Shown: positions 29,100 to 38,057, counted from the first letter of the stretch. The stretch is DNA of 56,502 nt from a virus (IMGVR_UViG_3300047476_001839:1-56502); one strand, 5' to 3'. A program made the numbers and translations. Notes: a model not told the origin generated them from the letters alone.

Positions 29100-29732
29100 A
29101 TGTTCTTACAAATGGATCACCCTAAAAATGTTGTTTTCGATGTTGACCCTTGGTTGCATATTAAACCAGAAGAAGCAATGGAAGCACCGGTTTCTGTTTA
29201 TGTAAATGAGTTCTCTGAGGAAGCTGTTAGAATTTTCCTTGAAGACATTACTAAAGCAAACAATACATCACAACCAATCATTCCTATTTATATTGATTCA
29301 TATGGTGGGGATGTGTATGCTTTAATGGCCATGATTGATATTATTGAAAGTTCAGAAAAACCATGTGCTACTATTTGTGTTGGAAAAGCAATGTCCTGTG
29401 GTGCTGTTCTTCTTGCTTGTGGTGAAAAAGGCCACAGATATGTAAGTAATAACTCAACAATAATGATTCACGATGTATCTTCATTTTCAGAGGGCAAATC
29501 CGAGGAAATTAAATCAGATGCAGCAGAGACAGATAGATTGCAAAAACAGTTCTATAAGTTGCTCGACAGAAAATGCGACAGGAAGGATGGATACTTTGAT
29601 AAATTGGTTTTTAACAAAGGTAGATCGAATTTGTATTTGGATGCTGAACAATGCATAAAGCACGGTTTAGCTGATGAAATTAAAATACCAAAGTTTACTG
29701 TCGAGATTGTGCATAACATTATATTTGAGTAG
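29100..29732 (+). CDS. second, divergent ClpP-family protease
   Basis: IYIDSYGGDV, KAMSCGA, IMIHDVS, NLYLDAEQC..GLADEI. Confidence 0.85.
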   Translation: MFLQMDHPKNVVFDVDPWLHIKPEEAMEAPVSVYVNEFSEEAVRIFLEDITKANNTSQPIIPIYIDSYGGDVYALMAMIDIIESSEKPCATICVGKAMSCGAVLLACGEKGHRYVSNNSTIMIHDVSSFSEGKSEEIKSDAAETDRLQKQFYKLLDRKCDRKDGYFDKLVFNKGRSNLYLDAEQCIKHGLADEIKIPKFTVEIVHNIIFE

Positions 29733-29802
29733 TTGACAAAACAGGCTGAAATATCTAAAATAATAATGTAGATATCTACAAAATAACACACAGGATATTC
29801 CA

Positions 29803-30021
29803 ATGAAAAGTATTCAATTATCATCAATCAAAAAGAAGATTGGTGCAGAGAATTTTTCAGTGCTACGAGACACTATTTTTAAGTCTTCATATGACAGGCC
29901 AAGCAAGGGAATGACTTTGCAACGAGACAGAATCGTTAATGCAATCAAAGACCCACAAGTGAAAAAGAGTTTGGAAAATATCACATCTAAGGTTGACTGG
30001 CTGGTTGTAGACGTGGTATAG
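29803..30021 (+). CDS. hypothetical protein
   Basis: TTGACA promoter, AGGA SD. Confidence 0.65.
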   Translation: MKSIQLSSIKKKIGAENFSVLRDTIFKSSYDRPSKGMTLQRDRIVNAIKDPQVKKSLENITSKVDWLVVDVV

Positions 30022-30027
30022 TTAGTC

Positions 30028-30087
30028 TGTTAACGTACATGTGTAACTCCTTTAGGGATTAGATTTATTTCTAATCCCCTTTTTTTT
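30028..30087 (+). ncRNA. putative anti-RBS small RNA
   Basis: TTGACT..TATAGT promoter, then reverse complement of AAGGAG-N6-ATG, then terminator. Confidence 0.45.
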
Positions 30088-30131
30088 GACATATGCCTTA
30101 AGTGTGATATACTAATGCAACGGAGGAAGTT

Positions 30132-30332
30132 ATGACTGTAAGAGAAGTGATTAGTTGGCTTGAATCAATTGCGGAGAAAACAGGTGACCAAACCGAATGT
30201 ATTGTTGAAATCGAAGAGCAAAACTACAATACTGAGGCTGGTATCCATACGGTCTGCATCAATGGATATGAAGACGGCTCCAAGAAAGTCGCTCTCATTG
30301 GCACAAAAGATGATGAAGCAAGTGAAGAGTAA
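30132..30332 (+). CDS. hypothetical protein
   Basis: Promoter plus GGAGG SD. Confidence 0.75.
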   Translation: MTVREVISWLESIAEKTGDQTECIVEIEEQNYNTEAGIHTVCINGYEDGSKKVALIGTKDDEASEE

Positions 30333-30447
30333 AATCCAAGTCATCATCCTAGCAATTGTAATCATTCTTCTCTTTGGTCTCATTGGGAAGAATGACTTTA
30401 ATGACAAACTTGAAGAGGCAGGGCAAACCATTGAGTACGTTAAGTGA
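30322..30447 (+). CDS. small membrane protein
   Basis: GTG start; VIILAIVIILLFGLI. Confidence 0.5.
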   Translation: MKSKIQVIILAIVIILLFGLIGKNDFNDKLEEAGQTIEYVK

Positions 30448-30760
30448 TTTTAAATACAGCGAAGAAGCACACGAAAAGAAGAAGCAACAAATTCTTGATT
30501 TTATCAGTTATTTAGATGAGCCGATTCTTTTGGCTGAGGGATTTGAACTTGCTTTCTTGGGTTTGGGTTATTCCTTCAATGGTATTTATGCAATCTATGA
30601 TTTGGTCATCTCTCTTGAAATCCTGATGCAAAGAGATGGAATGACATATGATGAAGCAGAGGAATTTTTTGAATATAATGTGTTTGGTGCATACGTTGGT
30701 GATAAAATGCCTGTGTTCCTAGACCATTTAAGAAAGTTAGAAGATGAACATATCTCTTAA
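30374..30760 (+). CDS. hypothetical phage protein (start uncertain)
   Basis: LAEGFELAFLG..RDGMTYDEAEEFFEYNVFGAYVG. Confidence 0.7.
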   Translation: MVSLGRMTLMTNLKRQGKPLSTLSDFKYSEEAHEKKKQQILDFISYLDEPILLAEGFELAFLGLGYSFNGIYAIYDLVISLEILMQRDGMTYDEAEEFFEYNVFGAYVGDKMPVFLDHLRKLEDEHIS

Positions 30761-31076
30761 AAACATTACTATCAACCATCAGATGACAGAAGAGACATTG
30801 GCTTTTGATGCTCTTCTCTGTAATGACAAGATTCCATTTGCAGAGGTTTCAAATGATGGTAGAGGTGGAGAAAATAGATACCGCCCTCTTGGTGATTCTA
30901 TGGACTGGATTTTTAACCACGCTCTTGTCACTGCATTTAGAGAGTGGTGTTCTAATCAACCTCCAGTATATGACAAAGAATCTGGTAACACATACAATTT
31001 CAGTGCAGACCTATTTGTTAATGATTGCTTAACACAACACATAGGTAATCAACGTGAACTTGTTGTATCATTATAG
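30744..31076 (+). CDS. hypothetical phage protein
   Basis: EETLAFDA..VSNDGRGG. Confidence 0.75.
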   Translation: MNISLKNITINHQMTEETLAFDALLCNDKIPFAEVSNDGRGGENRYRPLGDSMDWIFNHALVTAFREWCSNQPPVYDKESGNTYNFSADLFVNDCLTQHIGNQRELVVSL

Positions 31077-31118
31077 TAGAGCATTGAAGCCCTAACCAAA
31101 TCAGGTTAGGGCTTTTTT

Positions 31119-31182
31119 TATTAAGAGGAAATAAATCATAAAAAAATCTATAGATTTTTTTAGAATATAGTAGAGGTTAATA
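31119..31182. repeat. 64-bp dyad element, copy 10
   Basis: Consensus match. Confidence 0.9.
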
Positions 31183-31185
31183 AAA

Positions 31186-31431
31186 ATGACAATAGATAAA
31201 AAGTTTGGAGTCGGATTTTTATTTGTATGTGGCATGGTTGTAAGTGGATGCCTTGGCTATTCTATTAAAGACACACAACATAAAGATAGAATGGAAATAG
31301 TTGCCCAATATAATGCACAACAATCCTCCTGTAGTAGAATGATGCAGCAGTTATCTAATTATTCAACAAAAGAAATCAAAAGAAAACCATCACCAAAAGA
31401 ACTTGCAATCATCAGAATGCAAAGGGATTAG
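31186..31431 (+). CDS. membrane-anchored or exported protein
   Basis: Hydrophobic N-terminus; its SD (AGAGG) lies inside the dyad element. Confidence 0.6.
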   Translation: MTIDKKFGVGFLFVCGMVVSGCLGYSIKDTQHKDRMEIVAQYNAQQSSCSRMMQQLSNYSTKEIKRKPSPKELAIIRMQRD

Positions 31432-31493
31432 TTTAAATAAAATAGAATAATAAGCTTGGTCGTTTGGTTTGGTGATGCGACAGGAGAACAGTT

Positions 31494-31589
31494 ATGAAGA
31501 TTAAAGGTTTCTCCACTATAGTAAATGCTATAGTTTATCTCACATTCATCGGTGTGTTTCTAGTTATTGTAAAAGCATTGTTCGATTAG
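31494..31589 (+). CDS. 31-aa membrane peptide
   Basis: AGGAG SD; MKIKGFSTIVNAIVYLTFIGVFLVIVKALFD. Confidence 0.55.
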   Translation: MKIKGFSTIVNAIVYLTFIGVFLVIVKALFD

Positions 31590-31678
31590 GTTTTGTTTTC
31601 ACATTTAACCCAGATAATGAAAATTGTCTGGGTTTTTTGTTTGACATTTTCGATTGATGATGTATAATATTAGTGTAT

Positions 31679-31750
31679 TCCTTGATAGCTCAGCGGTAGA
31701 GCAAACGGCTGTTAACCGTTAGGTCACTGGTTCGAATCCAGTTCAAGGAG
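31679..31750 (+). tRNA. tRNA-Asn(GUU)
   Basis: TCCTTGA/TCAAGGA; AACGG-CTGTTAA-CCGTT. Confidence 0.96.
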
Positions 31751-31759
31751 TTTTTTCAT

Positions 31760-31832
31760 GGCCTGTTAGTCGAGTGGTTAAGATGCGTCCCTTTCACGGA
31801 TGAGACCAGGGGTTCGATCCCCCTACAGGCTA
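31760..31832 (+). tRNA. tRNA-Glu(UUC)
   Basis: GGCCTGT/ACAGGCT; CGTCC-CTTTCAC-GGATG. Confidence 0.95.
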
Positions 31833-31856
31833 TTAAGTGGTATAATATGTTTGTAA

Positions 31857-31927
31857 TTTCCGGTCGTTCAATGGTAGGACAGAGGTTTTTGGTGCCTTTA
31901 ATTGGAGTTCGAATCTCTACCGGAAAA
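31857..31927 (+). tRNA. tRNA-Gln(UUG)
   Basis: TTTCCGG/CCGGAAA; GAGGT-TTTTGGT-GCCTT. Confidence 0.92.
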
Positions 31928-31932
31928 TCTTT

Positions 31933-32004
31933 GCTTAGGTAATTCAATGGTAGAATGTCTCACTTGTAATGAGGTCGTTGGGGGTTCGATTCCTCTCCTA
32001 AGCT
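31933..32004 (+). tRNA. tRNA-Thr(UGU)
   Basis: GCTTAGG/CCTAAGC; TCTCA-CTTGTAA-TGAGG. Confidence 0.95.
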
Positions 32005-32063
32005 TTTTTTTAAAAACTCTATCTTAACTCAATGATAGAGTTTTTTTATTGTATAAGTGAGTT

Positions 32064-32561
32064 ATGGAAGAAATCACTTTACAAAAATATGTAAACCTAA
32101 ATTATTCAACAAGAAAAATTGCTGAGTTAATGCAATCAAGCCAAACCAATGTAAGACATTATTTAAAGAAATACAACTTAAAAACAAATTTAAACCAGTT
32201 CAATCAATCAGAGTACTTATGTAAATGTGGTGAAGCAAATCCTGAAAAGTTTTATGGCCATTCAAAGAAGACTTGCTCAAAATGCCACAATTTAAGGACA
32301 ACAAAAGTAGGTAAAAACAATCGATTATTTGCTGTTGAGTATTTAGGTGGTAAATGTATCGAATGTGGTTACAACAAACATACTTGTGCTCTTGATATAC
32401 ACCATTTAGACCCATCAATTAAAGATAAAAATTTTAATCATATGAGAGGATGGTGTAAGGAACGAATTTTGAATGAAATTAAAAACTGTGTTTTACTTTG
32501 CAGAAATTGTCATGCAGAAGTTCATTCAGGTCATATTGTTTTAAAAGATGTGATACAATAA
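32064..32561 (+). CDS. HNH endonuclease with N-terminal HTH
   Basis: GGKCIECGY..ALDIHHLDP..EIKNCVLLCRNCHAEVH; within tRNA cluster. Confidence 0.88.
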   Translation: MEEITLQKYVNLNYSTRKIAELMQSSQTNVRHYLKKYNLKTNLNQFNQSEYLCKCGEANPEKFYGHSKKTCSKCHNLRTTKVGKNNRLFAVEYLGGKCIECGYNKHTCALDIHHLDPSIKDKNFNHMRGWCKERILNEIKNCVLLCRNCHAEVHSGHIVLKDVIQ

Positions 32562-32566
32562 AGAAT

Positions 32567-32698
32567 ATGAACAACCTATACCTTTACATTTTTGCTGGTG
32601 TTGTTGTAATGATGTACGTTCCAGTTTTTTATGAGATTTATATGTTGAGAAAATTACTTCGCTCTATTGCAAAAAAGACTGAAAAACTTGTAGAGTAG
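32567..32698 (+). CDS. small membrane protein
   Basis: Leaderless after TGATACAAT. Confidence 0.55.
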   Translation: MNNLYLYIFAGVVVMMYVPVFYEIYMLRKLLRSIAKKTEKLVE

Positions 32699-32721
32699 TG
32701 GTATAATAGATATGTAAGTTT

Positions 32722-32795
32722 GCACCAGTAACTCAGTTGGATAGAGTAACAAGCTTCTACCTTGTATGTCGGGGGTTCGAGCCCCTCCTGGTGTA
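32722..32795 (+). tRNA. tRNA-Arg(UCU)
   Basis: GCACCAG/CTGGTGT; ACAAG-CTTCTAC-CTTGT. Confidence 0.95.
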
Positions 32796-32827
32796 TTAAA
32801 TCCCATCTTTTAAAAGATGGGATTTTT

Positions 32828-32891
32828 TATTAAGCATTTCTATATCTTAAAAAAATCTATAGATTTTTTTATAATCTATTTGTTGTTAATA
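32828..32891. repeat. 64-bp dyad element, copy 11
   Basis: Consensus match. Confidence 0.88.
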
Positions 32892-32936
32892 TTTTTTCTT
32901 TCTTGACATATAGCAGAAGATGTTGTAAGATAAGAC

Positions 32937-33209
32937 ATGACTCGAAAACTTGACTACACGGTGTCTGAAACCGTCTACATCCGCTCAAAGAACCGCATTC
33001 ATATTCCGAAGAAGTATGCATCTTATATTGGTCTTCATAAGGGATTTGTTGCTCATGTTACAAATCTTAACGGCTCTTACATTGTTACCGCTTGTCCTAC
33101 ACCTGAATCAAAGAAATATATGGTTGACAAAGATGGTGCAGTCCGTTTTAATGTAGACAAAAACTATTACAAGATTATGATTGCTGATAATGTGGTGGTT
33201 ATTGTATGA
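32937..33209 (+). CDS. AbrB/SpoVT-like DNA-binding protein
   Basis: RSKNRIHIPKKYASYIGLHKG and second VDKDGAVRF unit. Confidence 0.5.
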   Translation: MTRKLDYTVSETVYIRSKNRIHIPKKYASYIGLHKGFVAHVTNLNGSYIVTACPTPESKKYMVDKDGAVRFNVDKNYYKIMIADNVVVIV

Positions 33210-33463
33210 GTATGTTTTTGAATGCTTTTGAGTTTACATCTGAAGATATTGTGACTATTTTAAGGGCGCACGATACAGACATTACAATTCAACAGTTAGC
33301 AGAAATACACGACATACTTGACCACGATTCAATTATTCGCTCTGCTCTTCAATACAATGACCCTGATATGCAATTAAAATCTGCTCTTTCACAAGCAGAA
33401 GATTTAATGATTATGGATGGTCTTTTTATTACAGAGCCAAAAAGATTCCACGTTGACGATTAA
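33206..33463 (+). CDS. hypothetical protein
   Basis: ATGA overlap. Confidence 0.7.
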   Translation: MSMFLNAFEFTSEDIVTILRAHDTDITIQQLAEIHDILDHDSIIRSALQYNDPDMQLKSALSQAEDLMIMDGLFITEPKRFHVDD

Positions 33464-33710
33464 CTTAAGAAAAACATTTGCCAGAGTTGTTTATTTTATC
33501 GAACAAACAAACAAAGGCAAGAGTAAAGAAACCATACTAAAAGAACTGGAATTATCTGAAGAAGAGTTCCAGTTTCTTTTAAATACTATGCTTTCTATTT
33601 CCAAGCTTAAGGACAATGAAGCAACAATCTCCTCCATTCAAATAAAAGAAGAAATATTCATTGGTGGAACTTACGTGACTATTAATAACAAAGACGTAAT
33701 ATCCTTATGA
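33417..33710 (+). CDS. hypothetical protein (start uncertain)
   Basis: Operon context. Confidence 0.55.
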   Translation: MVFLLQSQKDSTLTINLRKTFARVVYFIEQTNKGKSKETILKELELSEEEFQFLLNTMLSISKLKDNEATISSIQIKEEIFIGGTYVTINNKDVISL

Positions 33711-33739
33711 CAAATGCGTTGAAGTTGGTATAATAATGT

Positions 33740-33824
33740 TAACTTGTTTTTAACCCTCCTCCAATTAAAACAAGTACAACAAGGAGCAGTTAAGATTCCC
33801 CTTTCTTGACTGCTCTTTCTTTTT
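33740..33824 (+). ncRNA. putative small RNA with anti-SD loop
   Basis: TGGTATAAT -10; hairpin ACTTGTTTT..AAAACAAGT with loop CCCTCCTCC; terminator. Confidence 0.45.
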
Positions 33825-33840
33825 CTGATATGATAGTGTC

Positions 33841-34272
33841 ATGTATATAGCAGTAGATGCCTTAGCGAATGTAGATGATTCAAAACTCTCTTACATGATT
33901 TTTCCATTTGATGAAGATTTGTTAGAAGCGATTGAAGAGAACTTAAAAGAAATCCGCATTGATGATGAACTTACTTTTCCTATTAAAGATGTATTACTTA
34001 GCCGAGGCGAGTTTCATTATGTTCGCAAAAAAGTGACAATGACAGAGATTTCGGAACATCGTTTTTGTATTGCCAGGAACACCGATTCTATCCCAAAGTT
34101 ACAAAACCCAAAACTCCACGTTACAAATGATTACTTTTATTTTTCAGGATTCGGTAAACAGGGTGCAAAGAAAGACAGCCCAGCAATCAAGTTTGTCTCT
34201 GAAAACTTTAATATTGTAACGATTGAAAAGTTGAGGAAATATGTCAAGAGTAAAAGAGATATGGTAAACTAA
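33841..34272 (+). CDS. hypothetical protein
   Basis: Leaderless after TATGAT. Confidence 0.7.
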   Translation: MYIAVDALANVDDSKLSYMIFPFDEDLLEAIEENLKEIRIDDELTFPIKDVLLSRGEFHYVRKKVTMTEISEHRFCIARNTDSIPKLQNPKLHVTNDYFYFSGFGKQGAKKDSPAIKFVSENFNIVTIEKLRKYVKSKRDMVN

Positions 34273-34276
34273 AACC

Positions 34277-34618
34277 ATGGAAGAAAAAGTTTGGATTTAT
34301 TTATCGAAAACTGGCACTGGCTTTCAATTAGCCGGTGCAGATATCATTTCAGGTTTCGATGCTTTTGTTAATGCTGATGGCTCTTATTTAATCGAGCATT
34401 CCTATTCTGATATTAAAGGCGATGAGCATTTCTTTATTTATGAATGGGACAAATCACAAAAGAAGCGCAGAACTATTTACGAAGGATATCAAAGACAAAT
34501 TGTATTGATTGGGTTTGTTAAAAATGTTGATATTCCAGAAAGCACCAAAGAAGCAATTTTAAAAAACTATTTATTTGATGAAGAAGAATTAGAATTAGAA
34601 AAAAATGCAAACTCCTGA
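34277..34618 (+). CDS. hypothetical protein (paralog of next)
   Basis: WIYLSKT..FFIYEW..FVKNVDIP. Confidence 0.75.
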   Translation: MEEKVWIYLSKTGTGFQLAGADIISGFDAFVNADGSYLIEHSYSDIKGDEHFFIYEWDKSQKKRRTIYEGYQRQIVLIGFVKNVDIPESTKEAILKNYLFDEEELELEKNANS

Positions 34619-34638
34619 ATACTAGGATAAAATACACT

Positions 34639-34953
34639 ATGCAAAAACCAAAGTATTGGATTTATAATTCAAAAACAAATTCAGGTAGAGAAGTTTTTTA
34701 TAACACAGATTTCTTCAAGCCTATGGATACGGAGATTTTTGTTGATGGTATTTTTCCTTCTATTGATGGAGAGACATATTTCATTAAACGTGAACGTGGC
34801 TTGGATGGTGATTGGGTGTTTTTTGTTTATGAATGGAAATTAAACCAAGAAAAACGAAACTCCCTTTTGCAACCAAAAAAAATCTTGATGGATTTCGCTA
34901 AAAATGTTGAACTACCATCTAAAATAAAAAATGGAATCCTGTCGGGGAGTTAG
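34639..34953 (+). CDS. hypothetical protein (paralog of previous)
   Basis: WIYNSKT..FFVYEW..FAKNVELP. Confidence 0.75.
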   Translation: MQKPKYWIYNSKTNSGREVFYNTDFFKPMDTEIFVDGIFPSIDGETYFIKRERGLDGDWVFFVYEWKLNQEKRNSLLQPKKILMDFAKNVELPSKIKNGILSGS

Positions 34954-34956
34954 AAA

Positions 34957-35466
34957 ATGCAAACTCGTGAGCAAAAACTTAAACTTTTAAATAAGACAAT
35001 CGAAACACTTTGGCATGGTGTTTCTGATACTAAAGAAGGCGATTATCCAAAAATAATCAATCTCTACAAAGAAGTGCTAAAGCTAAAACCAAATGACAGA
35101 GATGCATGGGAAAATATGGTTTGGCTTATGTGGAGTATGGCGATTAACAAGAAAGATACAGTATGGCTTTTTGAGGCTGAAAAGTTTGCAAAAATGTACT
35201 TATCTATCAATCCTAATGGTTATAGAGCATACGAATATTTAGGTCAGTTTTATCGCATTATGATGGTTGATGAAAAACTTGCCATCCGATATTACGAGAG
35301 TGCATTAAGATGGAAAGATGCGCCTGAAACCACATTCCATTCTCTCACATCTTTGTATATTAAAAACGGAGATAAAATAAGAGCCATTGGTAACTGTCGA
35401 TTTAATTTACGACGATTCCCCAATGACCCTTATGCAAAATCTAAATTAAAAGAACTTACAAAATAA
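34957..35466 (+). CDS. tetratricopeptide repeat protein
   Basis: YKEVLKLKPNDRDAW, INPNGYRAYEYLG, AIRYYESAL, RFPNDPYA. Confidence 0.8.
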   Translation: MQTREQKLKLLNKTIETLWHGVSDTKEGDYPKIINLYKEVLKLKPNDRDAWENMVWLMWSMAINKKDTVWLFEAEKFAKMYLSINPNGYRAYEYLGQFYRIMMVDEKLAIRYYESALRWKDAPETTFHSLTSLYIKNGDKIRAIGNCRFNLRRFPNDPYAKSKLKELTK

Positions 35467-35588
35467 ATATTATCTCACTGGTCTTTTCCGGTGAGATTTT
35501 TTTCTTTTGAGAGTAGATATAACAAAGTAACAGCGAAACCAATAAAAGTAAATAAAATACCCATTATTTGCATATGTTCCTCCAAAAA

Positions 35589-35649
35589 TATTAACAAGAA
35601 ATATATTGTAAAAAATCAGAGATTTTTTAAGATTTATTTTCACTTAATA
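35589..35649. repeat. 64-bp dyad element, copy 12
   Basis: Consensus match, short centre. Confidence 0.82.
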
Positions 35650-35668
35650 GAATTTGATATAATGAGAT

Positions 35669-35938
35669 ATGACTGAATTCGAAAACGCAATCTATCGTAA
35701 CTTAACTTTCACATCCAACAAAATATTAAGACCACGAGCTACAGGAATGCGAGGTTTTAGAGTTGGATATCCTGATGGCACTAGAGGAATACTTTGGCTA
35801 TCAGGAAAGAAATACTACATAAGAGTTGAGATGCTAGGCACAATCTTTAATGTGAATGTACCTAAGCATCTCGGCAAAGAACTGTTGGAAGAATTTTTCC
35901 TTAAATATGGAACGGAAAAAGTTTATGAAGATATTTGA
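35669..35938 (+). CDS. hypothetical protein
   Basis: Leaderless after TGATATAAT. Confidence 0.7.
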   Translation: MTEFENAIYRNLTFTSNKILRPRATGMRGFRVGYPDGTRGILWLSGKKYYIRVEMLGTIFNVNVPKHLGKELLEEFFLKYGTEKVYEDI

Positions 35939-36159
35939 ATCTTCTTCTTCCTTTCTGGTTTCTGACAAATGGAAATCAAAACCTCTCCACTTACAGGCAA
36001 TTCCGCTTCCAAATCAACAGTAACAGTCTTCTTGCAAATTTTACATTTGGAAGTAAACTTAACTTGACTATCTACAGTAAAGTTTTCTAAAGAATGGTTT
36101 TTATCATGTGCAGATAATTTAACCTGTGCCATCAACGGTAGTGCTTCAAAGATTCCCAT
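35923..36159 (-). CDS. hypothetical Zn-ribbon-like protein
   Basis: Leaderless MGIFEALP after TATACT; H..H..CKIC..C. Confidence 0.6.
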   Translation of the reverse strand: MGIFEALPLMAQVKLSAHDKNHSLENFTVDSQVKFTSKCKICKKTVTVDLEAELPVSGEVLISICQKPERKKKIQISS

Positions 36160-36235
36160 ACCACTAGTATATCGTTTTAAAATATATTTGACAACTATTG
36201 ACATATACGATATTATTCTCTTGTAAGGGAATGAA

Positions 36236-36502
36236 ATGAAAAAAGTCATCTGGGTTGCAAACGAATCAGAACATTGGAGTCATAGTCACCATTACGAACC
36301 ACTCATTGAAGATTTGACTGGTTTTAATTTGACTGAAAACTTGTGTTCCGAAACTGTTAAATACATGGCAAAGCGTCTTACTGATACACCTTACCAAAGA
36401 CGATTTCGCTCCAAGTATTCTATCTTTGAAAATGAATACAAAGCCCTAGTGGAAAAGTTTAAAACACAAGCAGATAACAATGGAAAGATTGAGGTGAAGT
36501 GA
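36236..36502 (+). CDS. hypothetical protein
   Basis: TTGACA promoter, AAGGG SD. Confidence 0.7.
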   Translation: MKKVIWVANESEHWSHSHHYEPLIEDLTGFNLTENLCSETVKYMAKRLTDTPYQRRFRSKYSIFENEYKALVEKFKTQADNNGKIEVK

Positions 36503-36503
36503 A

Positions 36504-36686
36504 GTGATGAGAGAACAAATGTCTCCTACACGTAAGGAAAAAATGAGACCCGGAAGTTTAACAATTAAAAAACAAAATGATAATTTTTACAAGCAATATG
36601 AAAAAAGTTGTTATTTATTCAACCAAATGATTGAAACAGAACGCAAGAATAGAAAGGGTCAAGATGAAGAAGTACAAGCGATATAA
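36504..36686 (+). CDS. hypothetical protein
   Basis: GAGGTG SD. Confidence 0.55.
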   Translation: MMREQMSPTRKEKMRPGSLTIKKQNDNFYKQYEKSCYLFNQMIETERKNRKGQDEEVQAI

Positions 36687-36813
36687 TGAAGAGTTGAACA
36701 TCGCATCTGGCACTGAAATGATGAAAGCAAGCCAGATGAGAACTGTTGTATATCAGGACAAAACCAAGTACAATAGGAAAGTTAAACACAAGAAAGGCTC
36801 AGACAATGAGTGA
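36664..36813 (+). CDS. small basic protein
   Basis: AAGGG SD; QDKTKYNRKVKHK. Confidence 0.55.
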   Translation: MKKYKRYNEELNIASGTEMMKASQMRTVVYQDKTKYNRKVKHKKGSDNE

Positions 36814-37084
36814 TTTTAACCTTGAAGTTGATACAGAAAAGTTTAATGTAGTTAGACGCAAACTTTCTTTTGACTGTAATCAAGATTTATCTAACGAAGA
36901 AGTAATTAATATCCTAATCGATAATGCTTACAAAAACTCTAAACCAAAACAAAGAGTTAGAGTAAGCAGAGATATCATTGTTCAAGAAGCAGAAAATGGT
37001 CTCTCCGTAAGACAAATCGCAGAAAAATATGATGTTTCTTGGTCTACTATATTCCGTGCTAAAAAATTAGGCAAGCAATCTTAA
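36806..37084 (+). CDS. HTH DNA-binding protein
   Basis: GLSVRQIAEKYDVSWSTIFRA. Confidence 0.75.
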   Translation: MSDFNLEVDTEKFNVVRRKLSFDCNQDLSNEEVINILIDNAYKNSKPKQRVRVSRDIIVQEAENGLSVRQIAEKYDVSWSTIFRAKKLGKQS

Positions 37085-37114
37085 AAACAAAAACCCTCTT
37101 CATTGAGGGTTTTT

Positions 37115-37178
37115 TATTAACTACGAATAAAACTTAAAAAAATCTATAGATTTTTTTAGAATATAGTTTTGGTTAATA
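37115..37178. repeat. 64-bp dyad element, copy 13
   Basis: Consensus match. Confidence 0.92.
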
Positions 37179-37240
37179 AATAAATTTAATTTGACATATA
37201 TCATTAACTACCATATACTGTTGTTGTAAGGAGTTAGGAA

Positions 37241-37552
37241 ATGGTAATCGATTTAGACGAGAGAACAGTGGACAATGCTCTTTTTACCCTTAAAGAGCGA
37301 ACGAATTTCATGATTTGTGTCCAAGTAATAACCTTAATAGCAGTTTTGACTATAGTGGGTTTTCATTCAAGAGTAACCTTCTATAATGGTTTAAGAATGG
37401 CTATCGATATGCCCTTATTACCATGCATCACCACCGCTATACTAACAGGCATTGGGGTATTCTGCCAAGTACACCGCTCAATTCTTAACTATATGAGATT
37501 CAGACTGATTTGCTCTTATCTCAAAGATGGTTCGATTACACTGGAGATTTAG
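37241..37552 (+). CDS. membrane protein
   Basis: Two TM segments; promoter plus AAGGAG. Confidence 0.7.
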   Translation: MVIDLDERTVDNALFTLKERTNFMICVQVITLIAVLTIVGFHSRVTFYNGLRMAIDMPLLPCITTAILTGIGVFCQVHRSILNYMRFRLICSYLKDGSITLEI

Positions 37553-37555
37553 TTT

Positions 37556-38005
37556 ATGTCAACACACGCACGAATTGGCTTGATGCTTCATGATGGGACA
37601 ATCAAGCACTCTTATGTTCATTTCGATGGTTACCCTGAAGGTGTAGGTGAAACACTGGTAATGCATTATAATGATATTGAGAAAATTGAAGAGCTGTTAA
37701 GTTTTGGTGATATGTCTACACTTCAACCAAACATTCATCCTCAAGGTACACATACTTTTGAAAAAAGAGAAGATGGTGTTTGCTTATTCTATAACAGAGA
37801 CCGTGGCGAAACCAATGTCGATGCAGTAGTTTCTTCTATGGATGAATTACACAGCATATACTATAACAGTGTAGATTATTATTACCTGTATAGTGGTGGT
37901 AATTGGTTTGTTAAGAATGTCATCGAAAATGAAGGATGGGACAGAGTAGAGAAGTTTCTGCCTGCATATACCTTGACAGAAGAAGATTACGCCTGTACTA
38001 TATAG
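37556..38005 (+). CDS. hypothetical phage protein
   Basis: MSTHARIG..YVHFDGYPEGVG..GDMSTL..YNRDRGE. Confidence 0.8.
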   Translation: MSTHARIGLMLHDGTIKHSYVHFDGYPEGVGETLVMHYNDIEKIEELLSFGDMSTLQPNIHPQGTHTFEKREDGVCLFYNRDRGETNVDAVVSSMDELHSIYYNSVDYYYLYSGGNWFVKNVIENEGWDRVEKFLPAYTLTEEDYACTI

Positions 38006-38057
38006 ACGTTCATACTGTTTCCTTATCATCCCTCTAATGAAAATTAGGGGGATTTTT
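38005..38057 (+). ncRNA. putative anti-RBS small RNA
   Basis: TTGACA-N17-TACTAT promoter, then reverse complement of AAGGAAACAGTATG, then terminator. Confidence 0.45.

Noticed and set aside
31756-31947. Minus-strand ORF over the tRNA cluster
   Set aside because: Antisense to tRNA-Glu, tRNA-Gln and tRNA-Thr.
35491-35676. ORF spanning dyad copy 12
   Set aside because: Overlaps a terminator and the repeat; no RBS.
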